DNA of 64,000 nucleotides, from NCBI RefSeq assembly GCF_009914755.1, contig NC_060947.1; one strand, 5' to 3'. The notes under the pieces are model-generated. The model made no database searches, was not told the DNA's origin, and saw only the letters and a list, made by a program, of their open reading frames with translations. The position numbers were made by a program, and so were the translations under genes. Below are positions 1 through 18,932 of the stretch, piece after piece; positions within the stretch are counted from its first letter, which is position 1; each line of letters begins with the position of its first letter. This DNA comes from the human T2T-CHM13v2.0 reference genome, Homo sapiens.

Positions 1-987
1 TTTCTCTTGCCTGATTGCTCTGGCCAGGATTTCCAATACTATATTGAATAGGAGTGGTGAGAGACGCATCCTTGTCTTATGCCAGTTTTAAAGGGGAATG
101 CTTCCAGCTTTTTGCCTATTTAGTATGATGTTGGCTCTGGGTTTGTCATAGGTGGCTCTTATTATTTCAAGGTATGTTCCTTCAATACCTAGTTTATTTA
201 GAGTTTTTAACATGGAGGGCATTTATTGAATGCCATTTCTGCATCCATTAAGATAATTATGTGGTTTTTGTTTTTAGTTCTGTTAATGTGATGAATCACA
301 TTTATGAATTTGCATATGTTCAACCAACCTTGCATCCCAGGGATAAAGCCTCCTTGATCACAGTGGATTAGCTTTTTAACATGCTGCTCGATTTATTTTG
401 CTAGTATTTTCTTTAGGTCTTTTGCATCAACGTTCATCAAGGATATTGGCCTAAAGTTTTCTTTATTTGTTGTGTCTCTGGTAGTTTTTTGTATTAGGAT
501 GATGCTGGCCACATAGAATGAGTTGGGGTGGATTCCCTCCTCCTCAATCTTTTTGGAATAGTATCAGTGGGAACAGTGTCAGCTCTTCTTTGTACATCAG
601 GTAGAATTCATTTGTGAATCTGACTTGTCCTGGGCTTATTTTGGTTGGTAGTCTATTTATTGCTGGCCCAATTTTGGAGCTCATTATTAGTCTTTTCAGG
701 GATTCAATTTCTTCATGGTTCAGCATTGGGAGGCTGTATGTGTCCCAGGATTTATCCATTTCTTCTAGATTTTCTAGTTTGTGTACATAGAGGTATTCAT
801 AATATTCTCTGATGATTGTTTGTATTTCTGTGGGATCAGTGGTAATATTTCTTTTGTTATTTCTAATTGTTTTTATTTGGATCATTTCTCTTTTCTTTAT
901 TAGTCTAGCTACTTGGCTATCTATTTTATTATTTTTTTCAAAAATCCAACTCCTGGATTTGTTGATCTTTTGAATTTTTTTATGTCT
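1..987 (-). mobile_element. L1 (old primate L1PA/L1PB) ORF2 fragment, runs off the window
   Basis: ORF 544..885 ([32 protein letters not shown]) is L1 ORF2p. The flanking DNA reads as antisense RT region. Confidence 0.93.
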
Positions 988-1477
988 TTAGGGATGAACT
1001 TAAATGCCTGGCATCATCACAAGAGTGTCTTGAACTTAATGGAGCTTATGCTCAGAAATAAAGTTATTTTATTTTTATCTTGTAATTCAAATTTTAATGA
1101 ACTTTTTGAGGTCTCTTTGTATGTTTTATTTATCAAAAATGTTTAAAATCTAGTAGGAAGAATAAGGCATCTCTACAAAATATCATAGTACTTTAATTAG
1201 AAAGTATAAGAGACATCAAAGCACATGCATGGAACTACAGAGGAAGAGGAATGCATACCTATTGGTCAGGAGATCTTTGTGATGATTTCATTGACCCTGG
1301 AAGTTGAAGGATACATAGTATTCAATCTGAAAAATGAGAGTGGGGTTTTTATGAATTTGACACATCATGAGCAAAGATATAAAGATGAAAAGGTGAGAAT
1401 CCTTTTCTACTTTTCAATTTTTCGCTAACAGTCTGTGTAATAGTATATGGATCCAGTAACTAGAAGACAAATGTTTG

Positions 1478-4400
1478 GAGATGAAGAAGATCATGGCGGA
1501 TGGGAGGCGGGACTAGATTGCAGCTCCTGACAGAGCAGCATGCGGGGGCTTGCCTTGTGAATTTTAGCTCCAGATCGACTGCAAGAACAAACCAGCAATC
1601 CTGAGAAGACCCACAGACCCTCTGAAAGAAGCAGACTGCTCCTGTAGGACCCAGGGGACACCCCAAATACCGTGAGTGCCCCAGCTGAGGAAGTGGGAAA
1701 AGGAGACCCTCCTCTCCTGAACACACACCCCCACTGGAGAAACTTACGGTCTGTTTGCAGGAGCAGTTTCTGACTTTATCTGAAGTTGAGTCAAGTTATA
1801 GAGCTGAGAGAAATACAGGGGTAGAGGATGCAGCAGAAAGGCCCTGGAATCTCACTAGGTTTCCAAGCAGCCCATTCCTGCCTGGCACCACAGGGATCCA
1901 TCTGGAGGGTGGCCAGAGGAGCAGGGGATAAAACTCCGCAGGCAGAAGTAATTCTCTAGCTGAAATTTGTAACAATTTAAATGGGGCAAGAAGCCTGGCC
2001 AGAACTTGGGGGAAGGGCATTAATCAGGTGTGCAGACTTCACAGGCAGGGGAAGAACCAAAGTCCTTTTCTTTTGCAGCTGGGAGGCAGATAACCTCCAG
2101 GAAATTTTCAAGCCTGTCTCACTCTCTGCCTGGAAACAGACTCAGCGTTGTTGCAGGGGGCACAGTGGGAGTGAGACCAGCCCTTCGGTTTGTATGGAAG
2201 CTGGGTGAGGCCTTGACTGCTGTGTTTCCCCCACTTCCCTCCGACAACCTGCATGACTTAGCAGAGGCAGGCATAATCCTCGTAGGTACACAACTCCAGT
2301 GACCTGGGAATCTCACCTCCATCCCCCACACCAGCCACAGCAAGACCCACCCAAAGAGAGTCTGAGCTTAGACACAACTAGTCCCGCCCCTACCTGATGG
2401 TCCTTCCCTATCCAACTTGGTAGCAGAAAACAACGGGCATAAAATCTTGGGAGTTCTAGGGCCCCACCCACCACCAGTCCCTCTTCACACTACAGCTGAT
2501 GCTTTCTGGAAAGGGCCACCTCCTGGCAGAAGGCCAACCAGCACAAAATAGAGCATTAAACCACCAAAGCTAAGGAACCTCATGGAGTCCATTGTAGCCC
2601 TCTGCCACCTCCACCAGAAAGGCAAGGTATCTATGGCTGACAGACCCATAGATGGTTCACATCACAGGACTCTATGCAGGCAGCCCCCAGTATCAGGTAG
2701 ACTCGCTGGGTGGCTAGACCCAGAAGAGAGACAACAATCACTGCAGTTCAGCTCACAAGAAGCCACATCCATAGGAAAAGAGGGAGAGTACTACATCAAG
2801 GGAACACCCTGAGGGACAAAAGAATCACAACAACAGCCTTCAGCCCTAGACCTTCGCTCTGACAGAGCCTATTCAAATGAGAAGGAGCCAGAAAACCAAC
2901 ACTAATAATATGACAAAACGAAGCTCTTCAACACCCCCCAAAAATCACAGTAGTTCACCAGCAATGGATCCAAACCAAGAAGAAATCCGTGATTTACCTG
3001 AAAAAAAAAAAAAAAAAAAAAGTCAGAAGGTTAGTTATTAAGCTAATCAGGGAGGCACCAGAGAAAGGTGAAGCCCAATGCAAGGAAATCTAAATAATGA
3101 TACAAGAAGTGAAGGGAGAAATATTCAGGGAAACAGATAGCTTAAAGAAAAAACAATCAAACTCAGGAAACATTGGACACACTTTTAGAAATTGGAAATT
3201 ATCTGGAAAGTCTCAGCAATAGAACTGAACAAGTAGAAGAAAGAAATTCAGAGCTTGAAGACAAGGTCTTCAAATTAGCCCAATCAAACAAAGACAAAGA
3301 AAAAAGAAAAAGAAAATATGAACAAAGCCTCCAAGAAGTCTGGGATTACCCAAACCTAAGAATAGTTGGTATTCCTGAGGAAGAAGAGAATTCTAAAAGC
3401 TTGGAAAACATATTTGGGGGAATAATTGAGGAAAACTTCTCCAGTCTTGCTAGAGACCTAGACATCCAAATACAAGAAGCACAAAGAACACCTGGGAAAT
3501 TCATCACAAAAAGATCTTCACCTAGGCACGTTGTCATCAGGTTATCCAAAGTTAAGATGAGGGAAAGACTCTTAAAAGCTATGAGACAGAAGTACCAGGT
3601 AACCTATAAAGGAAGACCTATCAGATTAACAGCAGATTTCTCAGCAGAAATCAAACAAGCTAGAAGGGATTGGGACCCTATCTTCAGCCTCATCAAACAA
3701 CACAATTGTCAGCCAAGAATATTGTATCCGGAGAAACTAAGCATCAGATATGAAGGAAAGATACAGTCTTTTTAAGACAAACAAATGCTGAGAGAATTTG
3801 CCATTACCAAGCCACCACTACAAGAACTGCTAGAAGGAGCTCTAAATCTTGAATGAAATCCTGGAAACACATCAAAATAGAACCTCTTTAATGCATATAT
3901 CACACTATAAAACAAAAGTACAAGTTAAAAAACAAAAACAAAAAAACAAAATGAAAGTACACAGGCAACAAACAGCATGATGAATGCAAGAGTACCTCAC
4001 ATTTCAATACTAACATTGAATGTAAATGACCTAAATGTTCCACTTAAAAGATACAGAACCACAGAATGGATAAGAACTCACCAACCATCTGCTGCCTTCA
4101 GGGGACTCACGTAACACATAAGCACTCACATAAACTTAAAGTAAAGGGGTGGAAAAAGGCATTTCATGCAAATGGAAAGCAAAAGTGAGCAGGGATAGCT
4201 ATTCTTATATCAGACAAAAAAACTGTAAAGCAACAGAGGTTAAAAGAGAAAAAAAAGGGACATTATATAATCATAAAAGGCTTTGTCCAACAGGAAAATA
4301 TCACAATCCTAAACACATATGGACCTAACACTTGAGCTCCCAAATTTATAAATTAATTAGTAACAGACCTAAGAAATGAGATAGGCAGCAACACAATAAT

Positions 4401-7400
4401 AGTGGGAGACTTCAATACTCCACTGACAGCACTTGACAGGTCATCAAGACAGAAAGAAAACAAAGAAACAATGGATTTAAAGTATACCTTGTAACAAGGG
4501 GACTTAACAGATACGTACAGAATATTTCATCCAACAGCCACAGAGTACACATTCTATTCAACAGAACATGGAACTTTCTCCACGATAGGCCATAAAACAA
4601 GCCTCAATAAATTTAAGAAAATTGAAATTTTATCAAGCACTCTCTCAGACCACAGTGGAATAAAAGTGAAATAAACTCCAAAAGGAACCTTTAAAACCAT
4701 GCAAATACACAGAAATTAAGTAACATGCCCCTGAATGAGCATTGGGTCAAAAACAAAATCAAGATGGAAATTAAAAAATTATTTGAACTAAATGACAATA
4801 ATGACACAACCTCTCAAAACCTCTGGGATACAGCAAAGGCGGTGCTAAGAGGAAAGTTCATAGCCCTAAATGACTACATCAAAAAGTCTGAAAGAGCACA
4901 AACAAGCAATCTAAGGTCACACCTCAAGGAACCAGAGAAACAAGAACAGACCAAACCCAAACCCAGCAGAAGAAAGGAAATAACAAAGATCAGAGCAGAA
5001 CTAAATGAAATTGAAACAAAAAAAAACCATAAATGATAAATGAAACAAAAAGCTGGCTCTTTGAAAAGATAAATAAAATTTATAGACCACTGGCAAAATT
5101 AACCAAGAAAAGAAGACAGAAAATCCAAATAACTTCACTAAGAAACAAAACAGGAGATATTACAACTGACACCACTGAAATACAAAAGATCATTCAAGGC
5201 TACTGTGAACACCTTTATGCACATAAACTAGAAAACCTAGAAGAAATGGATAAATTCCTGGAAAAATACAAGCCTCCTAGCTTGTATCAGGAATAATTAC
5301 ATACCCTGAACAGTCCAATAACAAGCAGTGAGTTGGAAACGGTAATTTAAAAATTACCAACAAAAAAAATCCAGGACCAGACAGATTCACAGCAGAGTTC
5401 TACCAGACATTCAAAGAAGAATTGGAAGCAATCCTTTTGACACTATTCCACAAGACAGAGAAAGAAGGAACACTCCCTAACTCATTCTATGAAGCCAGCA
5501 TCACCAAAACCAGTTAAGTACATAACCAAAAAACAAAACTATAGACTGATATCCTTAATGAATGTAGATGCTAAAATCCTTAACCAAATACTATCTAACT
5601 GAATCCAACATCATATCAAAAAGATAATCTACCATGATCAAGTGGGTTTCATACCAGGGATGCAGGGATGGTTTAACATGTACAAGTCAATAAATGTGAT
5701 ACACCACATAAAGAGAATTAAAAACAAAAATCACATGATAATGTCAATAGGTGTTGAAAAAGCATTCAACAAAATGGAGCATCCCTTTATGATCAAAACC
5801 CTCAGCAAAATCGGCATACAAGGGACATACCTCAATGTAATAAAAGCCATCTATGACAAACTCACAGCCAACATAATACTGAATGAGGAAAAGTTGAAAG
5901 CATTCCCTCTGAGAACTGGAACAAGACAGGATGCCCATTCTCAGCACTCCTCTTCAACATAGTAATGGAAGTCCTAGCAAGAGCAATCAGACAAGAGAAA
6001 AAAATGAAGGGCATCCAAATCGGTAAAGAAGAAGTGAAACTGTCACTGTGTGCTGATGATATGATCGTTTCCCTTGAAAACCCTAAGGACTCCTCCAGAA
6101 AGCTCCTAGAACTAATAAAAGAATTCACCAGTTTCCAGATACAAGATTAATGTACACAAATTAGTAACTCTTCTATACACCAACAGTGACCAAGTAGAGA
6201 ATCAAATAAAGAACTCAACCCATTTTACGATAGCTGCAAAAAAAAAAAAAAAAATACTTAGGAATATACCTAACAAAGGAGTTGAAGGACCTTTACGAGG
6301 AAAACTATAAAACACTGCTAAAAGAAATCATAGATGATGCAAACAAATGGAAACGCATTCCATGCTCATGGATGGGTAGAATCAATATTGTGAAAATGAC
6401 CATACTGCCAAAAGCAATCTACAAATTCAATGCAATCTCCATCAAAATACCACCATCATTCTTCACAGAATTAGAAAAAAAATTCTAAAATTCATATGAA
6501 ACTAAAAAAGAGTCCACATAGCCAAAGTAAGACTAAGCAAAAAGAACAAATCTGGAGGCATCACACTATTTGATTTCAAATTATACTCTAAGGCCATAGT
6601 CACAAAAACAGCATAGTACTGGTATAAAAATAGTCACATAGAACAATGGAACAGAACCCAGAAGTAAACTCAAATACTTACAGCCAACCGAATTTCCACA
6701 AAGCAAACAAAAACATAAAGTGGGGAAAGGACACCCTATTCAAAAAATGGTGCTGGGATAATTGGCTAGCCACATGTATAAGAATGAAACTGGATCCTCA
6801 TCTCTCACCTTATACAAAAATAAATTCAAGATGGATTAAGGACTTAAACCTAAGACCTGAAACTCTAAAAATTCTAGAAGACAACATTGGAAAAAACCCT
6901 TATAGACATTGGCTTAGGCAAGGATTTCATGACCAAGAACCCAAAAGCAAATACAATAAAAACAAAGAGAAATATTGGGACCTAATTAAACTAAAGAGCT
7001 TTTGCACAGCGAAAGGAACAGTCAGCAGAGTAAAGAGACAACTCACAGACGGGGAGAAAATCTTCACAATCTGTATATCTGACAAAGGACTAATATCCAG
7101 AATCTACAACGAACTGAAACACATCAGTAAGAAAAAAACAATCTCATCAAAAAGTGGGCTAAGGATATTAGTAGACAATTGTCAAATGAAGGTATACAAA
7201 TGGCAAACAAACATTTGAAAAAATGCTCAACATCAGTAATGATCAGGGAAATGCAAATCAAAACCACAATGTGATACCACTTTACTCCTGCAAGAATTAC
7301 CATAATCAAAAAATCAAAAAACAGTAGATGTTGGCATGGATGAGGTGAACAGGGACCACTTTTCCATTGCTGTTGGGAATTTAAGCTAGCAGAGCCACTA

Positions 7401-7956
7401 TGGAAAACAGTGTGGAGATTCCTTAAAGAACTAAAAGTAGAACTACCATTTGATCCAGCAATGCTACTACTGGATATCTACCCAGAGGAAAAGAAGTCAT
7501 TATTTGAAAAAGGTAACTTGCACATGCATGTTTATAACAGCACAATTCACAATTGCAAAATCGTGGAACCAACCCGAATGCCCATCAATCAATGAGAAGA
7601 TAAAATGAATGTGGTATATATATATATATGTATATGTATATATGTGTATATATGTGTATATATGTATATATATGTATATATGTATATATATATGTATATA
7701 TATGTATATATGTATATATGTATATATATGTATATATATGTATATATGTATATATATGTATATATATGTATATATGTATATATGTATATATATGTATATA
7801 TATGTATATATGTGTATATATATATATATAGTGGAATACTATTCAGCCATAAAAATGAATTAATAGCATTTACAGTGACCTGGATGAGATTGAAGACTGT
7901 TATTCCAAGTGAAATAACTCAGGAATTGTAAACCAAATATTGTACGTTTCTCACTA
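1478..7956 (+). mobile_element. Near full-length L1PB-type LINE-1 (5'UTR, disrupted ORF1 and ORF2), 3' end missing
   Basis: GC-rich 5'UTR starts ...agatcatggcggatgggaggcgggactagattgcagctcc. ORF1p at 3173..3775 (NLRIVGIPEEEE, YKGRPIRLTADFS). ORF2p pieces 4725-7595 include an RT CADD (YADD-equivalent) motif. L1PB-like 3' sequence; no polyA tail. Confidence 0.93.
7614..7830. repeat. (TA)n/(TATATG)n microsatellite expanded inside the L1PB 3' region
   Basis: About 215 bp of tatatg/tata units, which produce the spurious Y/I/M/C/V ORFs at 7605-7931. Confidence 0.97.
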
Positions 7957-8632
7957 TATACAAAAATTAACTCAAAATGGACTAAAAACTGAAACTATAA
8001 ATCTGCTAAAGGAAAAAATCGGGGAAATGTTTCTTGACGTTGGACTGAGCAATAATATTTTGGATAAGACCTTAAAAAGGTGACAAAAGCAAAAATAGGC
8101 AAATGAAAATACATCAAGTTAAAAAGCTTCTATACAGCAATGGAAAAAGTCAACAGAGTGAAGAAACAATATGCAGAATGAGAGAAAACATTTGCAAATT
8201 ATGTGTCTAACAAGTGGTTAATACCAGAATATATAAGAAACTCAAACAACTTAATAGCAAAAATAAATTTGATTTAAAAATGGGCAAAAGACGTTTCTTA
8301 AAAGAAAACATGCAAAGCGGCAACAGATATATGAAAAAATGCTCAGTATCACTAACCATCAGGGAATTGCCAATCAAACCCACAGTGAGTTATCACCTCA
8401 CCTCAATTAGAATGGTTATTATCAAAATGACAAAAGATAACAAATGCTAGTTAATGTGTAGAGAAAAGAGAAGACTTAATACACTGTTGGTGGGTATGTA
8501 AATTAGTGTAGCTATCAGGAAATCTGTATATGGGTTCCTCAAAATATTAAAAAGAGAACTACCATTTGATCCAACAATCATATATGCATATATGCAAAGG
8601 AAATGAAATCAGTATGTCAAAGAGATGTACGC

Positions 8633-8935
8633 AGCCAAGTTTGGTGGCTCACAACTGTAATCCCAGCACTTTGGGAGGCTGAGGCAGGTGGATCACCTGA
8701 GTTCAGGAGTTTGAAACCAGACTGGGCAACATGGTGAAACCCCACCTCTACAAAAAACATAGCCAGACATGGCGGTGTGCAACTGTAATGCTGGCTACTT
8801 GTGGGGCTAAGGTGGGGGGATTGCTTGGGCTGGGATGTCAAGGCTGCGGTGAGCCATGTTTGCACCTCTGCACTCCAGCCTGTGTGACGAAATGAGACCT
8901 TGTCTCAAAACAAAACAAAACAAAACAAAACAAAA
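8633..8935 (+). mobile_element. AluJ-like SINE with (CAAAA)n tail
   Basis: Diverged Alu dimer with a degenerate TSD aaagagatgt/aaagagctat. Confidence 0.93.
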
Positions 8936-9440
8936 GAGCTATCTGCACTCCCGTGTTTCTTGCAGCACTATTTATAATAGTCAAAATATGGAATCAACCT
9001 ATGTGTCCATCAACAAATGAATGAATAAAGAAAATGTCACATACACACACAATGGAATACTACTCAGTCATAAAAAGAATGAAATATTGTCGTTCATGGC
9101 AACATGGATGGACTTTAAAGACATTATGTTAGGTGAAATAAGCCAGGCACAAAAAGCCAAATACTGCATGATCCCACTCATATGTGGAATCTAAGAAAAT
9201 TGATTTCAATAATCAGAGAGTAGAAAAGTGACTATTGTAGACTGGGTAGTGGAGGGAGAAGGGGAATAGGGAAAGATTGGTGAACAGGTACAAAATTATA
9301 GTTAAAGAGGAGGAATAAGTTTTGGTGTTCTATCATGCAGTAGGGTTACTACAGTATACAATATTGTATTTTATATTTCAAAATAGCCAGAAGGGAGGAT
9401 TATGAATGTTCTTACCACACAAAAATTATAAATGTTTGTA

Positions 9441-10382
9441 GCAGAGAGGGTGGAGTAAGATGGATGAAGAGAAGCATCCACCAATCATCCCCCTCACAGG
9501 AACACCAAATTTTCATCTCCTCCCAGGTAAAATGGCTTTTATTCTAAAGACAGGCAATAACAAATGCTGGCGAGGATGTTGATAAAAGGGAGCCCTTGTT
9601 CACTGTTGGTGGGAATGTAAATTAGTACAGCCACTGAGAGAACAGTTTGGAAGTTCCTCAAAAAACTAAAAATAGAGCTAACTTACAATGCAGCAATCCT
9701 ACTGCTGGGTATATACCCAAAAGAAAGGAAATTAGTGTATCAAAGACATACCTGCACTCCCAAGTTTATTGCAGCACCATTCACAACAGCCAAGATTTGG
9801 AGGCAATGTAAGTGTCTATTAACAGATGAATGAAGAAAATGTGGTACTTATACACAATGGAGTACTATTCAGCCATAAAAAAGAGTGACATCTTGTCATT
9901 TGCAACAATATATATGGAACTGAAGGTCATTATTAAGTGAAATAAATGAAATAAGCCAGGCACAGGAAAACAAACATTGCATGTTGTCACTTATTTGTGG
10001 ATCTAAAAGTTAAAATAACTGAACTCATGGAGATAGAGAGTAGAACAATATTTAGTAGAGCCTGGGGAGGGTAGTGGGGGGGGTAGAGGAAAGCGAAGAT
10101 GATTAATGGGTACAAAAATTCATTAGAAAGAATAACATTTAATATTTGATTGCAAAACAGAGGGTCTATAGTCAATAATAATTTAATTGTACATTTTCAA
10201 ACAACTAAAATAGTATAATGGGAATATTTGTAACACAAATGATAAATGCTTGAGGGGATGGATACCGCATTTACCATGATGTGATTATTATGCTTTCAAT
10301 GCCTGTATCAAAACATCTCATGTACTCCATAAATATGTACACCTAGTATGTTTCCAAGAAAATTAAAAATTAAAATAAAAAA
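9441..10382 (+). mobile_element. Internally deleted L1MA2/3-like element: ~70 bp 5' terminus joined to ~870 bp 3' end
   Basis: ggagtaagatgg...caggaacaccaaattt resembles an L1M 5' terminus. It is followed directly by tcatctcc...aaaatggcttttat (ORF2 C-terminus), an L1MA 3'UTR and an A-tail. Confidence 0.75.
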
Positions 10383-10699
10383 GTCCTCAGTGATGCATAT
10401 GCTACATACTGTATTTTGTTGGTTACACAATGTATACCTGTATCAAAACATCACTTTGTATCCCATAAATATGTAAAATTAGTATGTCAATTAAAAATAA
10501 AACATTAAAAAATATGAAACAAGATTTAACTGATTCAAAAGACTACTCCAAATGTAAAATTTTAAACCATAACTTCTTTTCTCAAGTTTTCTACCTCTCC
10601 CTCTAAGCAACCGTTATCCTCACTGAGAATACTAATGCTTGCCTTTCTTTATTCTACCTTATTCACCACTTTTTCTCAGCATTTCATTATTTTTGCCTT

Positions 10700-10985
10700 T
10701 GTTATTACTTTTAATTGATACATAACAATTGTACATATTTATGGGATACAGTGTGATATTTCTATACATGCATACAATGTATGATGATAAAATCTGTGTA
10801 ATTAGCATATCAGTTACTTCAAACATTTATTATTTCTTTGTGTTGGAAACATTCCACATCTGCTCTTTCCTGCTATTTGAAAATAAACAATAAAATGTCA
10901 TTAATTCCAGTCAGCTTGTGGTACTATAGACCAGTAGAATTTATTCCTCATGTCTAGATGTACTTTTATGTCCATTAACCAACCT
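10700..10985 (-). mobile_element. L1MA 3' end fragment
   Basis: ttttaattgatacataacaattgtacatatttatgggatac is the antisense of an L1MA 3' terminus. Confidence 0.85.
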
Positions 10986-11329
10986 TTTCAGCCACTTTAA
11001 ATATCACATACTTCTCTGCCAAGTATGAATACTCCTATTGGCACTCAAACCCTGTGTCTTCTTATTTCCCTTACCTCTCCTACTCTCCTATGCATATGCA
11101 TACCTAGGTCAGTCCAATCATCCTTTTTTTTTTTTTTTTTTTTTTGCCTCTCCTCTCAATTTGTCCGGTCCTTGAGTTGCTTGTGATGATTACATTGTAA
11201 AACAATCTGACATCACTAAATATGTATTGTTTCACCTTTCTTCAGCTGACAGTATTGGTTAGCAATCTTTTTCTTTTTCCTTTTTTTTTTTTAATCTAGA
11301 GAGAGAGAAAAATTTATTTTAAGAAATTG

Positions 11330-11680
<351 letters not shown>

Positions 11681-11782
11681 TTAATAAATTGGATCACACA
11701 ATTGTGGGGGCTGGCAAGTCTAAAATCCATAGGAGAAGCTGGAGATTTAGGTAAGAGTTGATGTGGTATTGAGTCTAAAGGT

Positions 11783-11971
11783 AATTGGGAAAGGATTGAT
11801 TATTTAATAAATGGTGTGGGATGGCTGGCTAGTTAACATGTAGAAGAACGAAACTGCACCCCTACTTTTCACCATATACAAAAATTGACTTAAGATGAAT
11901 TAAAGATTTAAATGTAAGTCTTTAAACTATAAGAATCCCATAAGAGGACTTAGGAAACACCATTCTGGACA
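11783..11971 (+). mobile_element. 189-bp internal L1 ORF2 fragment without polyA
   Basis: Aligns end to end with the reverse complement of 13473-13661. Confidence 0.85.
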
Positions 11972-12519
11972 GAGGCATATTTTTGAGACAGGCATATTTT
12001 GTGTTTCAGTCTGGAGTTAGTGTTCTTTCTTCAGTAAGCTTCAGTTTTTGCTCTTAAGATTTTCAACTGACTCAATGAGGACTGTGAACATTATTAAAGG
12101 TAGCCAACTTTACTCAAAGTCTACTGATATTAGAGGTTAATCACATATTAAAATACAATTACAGCAATATCTAGACTAGTGTTTGTTAAAACAACTGGAC
12201 GCTGTAGTCTAACCAAGTTGACATATAAAATTAATTATCTTGGGGCTCACACAGGTATACTCTTCAGTGTCATCCTGGATAAAACACAAATGGTCAGAGA
12301 GGTCATAGTTCATTCTTGTGAAAAGGGCATGGGATTCAGCCTCAGCTGCCTGCCCTCTGAAGGTTGTCCCTACCTCCTTATCAATATATCTGTATTTGCT
12401 GAACTTTGGGAATGAATAAGGTTAACCCAACCAAGCAATATAAATGTTTCTGACTGATTTACATATTTTGACATTTCTCATGAAGCAGATTTTTTTTTGT
12501 TTTCTTGTAGTGCTTTTTG

Positions 12520-17635
<5,116 letters not shown>

Positions 17636-18599
17636 ATTTTTTTTGTCCTTAGCGATCTTTCTTTTCAAGTCTTCAAGATTGCTGTTTCAAAACATCACTT
17701 TGTTCAGGACCTTATTTCCTCCCACCCCTATCATGTCAATATATTCAAATTATTTAAACTCTTGCACCATAGAAGACAAAGGACCTCAGTTATTTTCCCT
17801 CTCCTTTCTACAAATTTATGTACAGTTCTACCTACCTGATTCCTTTCCAAGGCTGATCTGTGCCCTTTATCCTATTTCCTCTGCACAACCCAGCCATCCC
17901 ATCTCTTCACCAGGATCTCAATTTGTCAATTTTCAAATCTCTCTGCTGTACTCCTACCCTTCTTCCTCTACTTGTCGTTTCCTTTCAGCCAGCGAAGAAG
18001 TTCAAGTTGTTCACCTTCAGACCCCAATAAATAAAGCAAGCAAAGAAAATAGTAATCCTTTGTTTGACCCAGCTTCTCCCTTAGGCTGCAGCCTTCATTT
18101 CTCTAACACACTTCTTAAGGGAGCATTCTATATTTACTTCATTACTTTTGACTCATGCCATAACTTGCTGAAATTTTTTCACTTTGTCACATATTCTGAA
18201 AACATACTAGCTTGAGATTTATCTGAATTGACAAGTACAAATACTTCTGGGGAAGCTGGGGAAAGGAGAATGAGTGTCATTATTTATTCCCATTGTTTTG
18301 TGACAATTTCAATTGGATTGAGTACTTATAATACTGTGCAGCTCTTTTGAGATCATGTCATTCTTTTATAAGTGGGCAGCAATAATTTTGGTAGTTAAGG
18401 CTCTTAGAAGAGTAAAAAAATCTAAGTGAAATTCCGCACTGGTGGTGATGAGGTATTTATTGGAGCACTTAGAGTGCATTATGAGGGTGGAGGTCCCTGT
18501 GTGATGACTTTAAAAAGGCTTATCACACAAAATGACAGAAAGGCAAATGAAAGGAGATGTGAAGGCCTTAAAGAAAAGTTGTTCTTATTTAGCAGCTTG

Positions 18600-18837
18600 C
18601 CTCAGTACAATTGCAACAAACAGTTAAACCAATGCAGTGCCACAGGGTCAAAGGTACTATGTTTTTGTGGATTTTGTAAAATAATTTTTCCTCATTTCTG
18701 GTGCAGTGGGCTTATCAGAGAGGTAAAAGTTGAGAGTTAAAAGGTGTTTGGAAATTATGAAATAATTGTCCTCATTCCGTACTTCTGCTCAGAGGTCATA
18801 AACATTAGATGTTTTTCCTCAGGTAAATTGTGAAACA
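18600..18837 (-). pseudogene. Polycystin-like block 8 (GAIN region)
   Basis: catttctag|CFTIYLRK...NFQTPFNSQLLPL...FDPVALHWFN versus recalled PKDREJ FNMYVKK...CFYPTLNVSSVPGL...FTNDLFPWLN. Confidence 0.55.
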
Positions 18838-18932
18838 CTAGAAATGTGTAATCAAAAACATTTTGGGGACTCTAGGAAAGTCACCTAAAATAGGGATTGA
18901 ACACACTTGACATTATTAAAACTTTGACATAG

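Larger units (their letters stand above)
7950..10512 (+). mobile_element. L1MA-type 3' fragment (ORF2 end and 3'UTR), split by an AluJ and a younger L1MA
   Basis: ORF 8214..8450 (MKKCSVSLTIRELPIKPTVSYHLT). The 3'UTR breaks at ataaatgtttg (9438) and resumes at gtgatgcatatgct (~10390), ending in an A-rich tail. Confidence 0.85.

Noticed and set aside
7605-7931. Three overlapping Y/I/M/C/V-rich ORFs
   Set aside because: They are translations of the TA/TATG microsatellite.
17643-18215. 190-aa + strand ORF
   Set aside because: Non-ATG start, pyrimidine-rich L2-like DNA, no recognisable domain or splice support.
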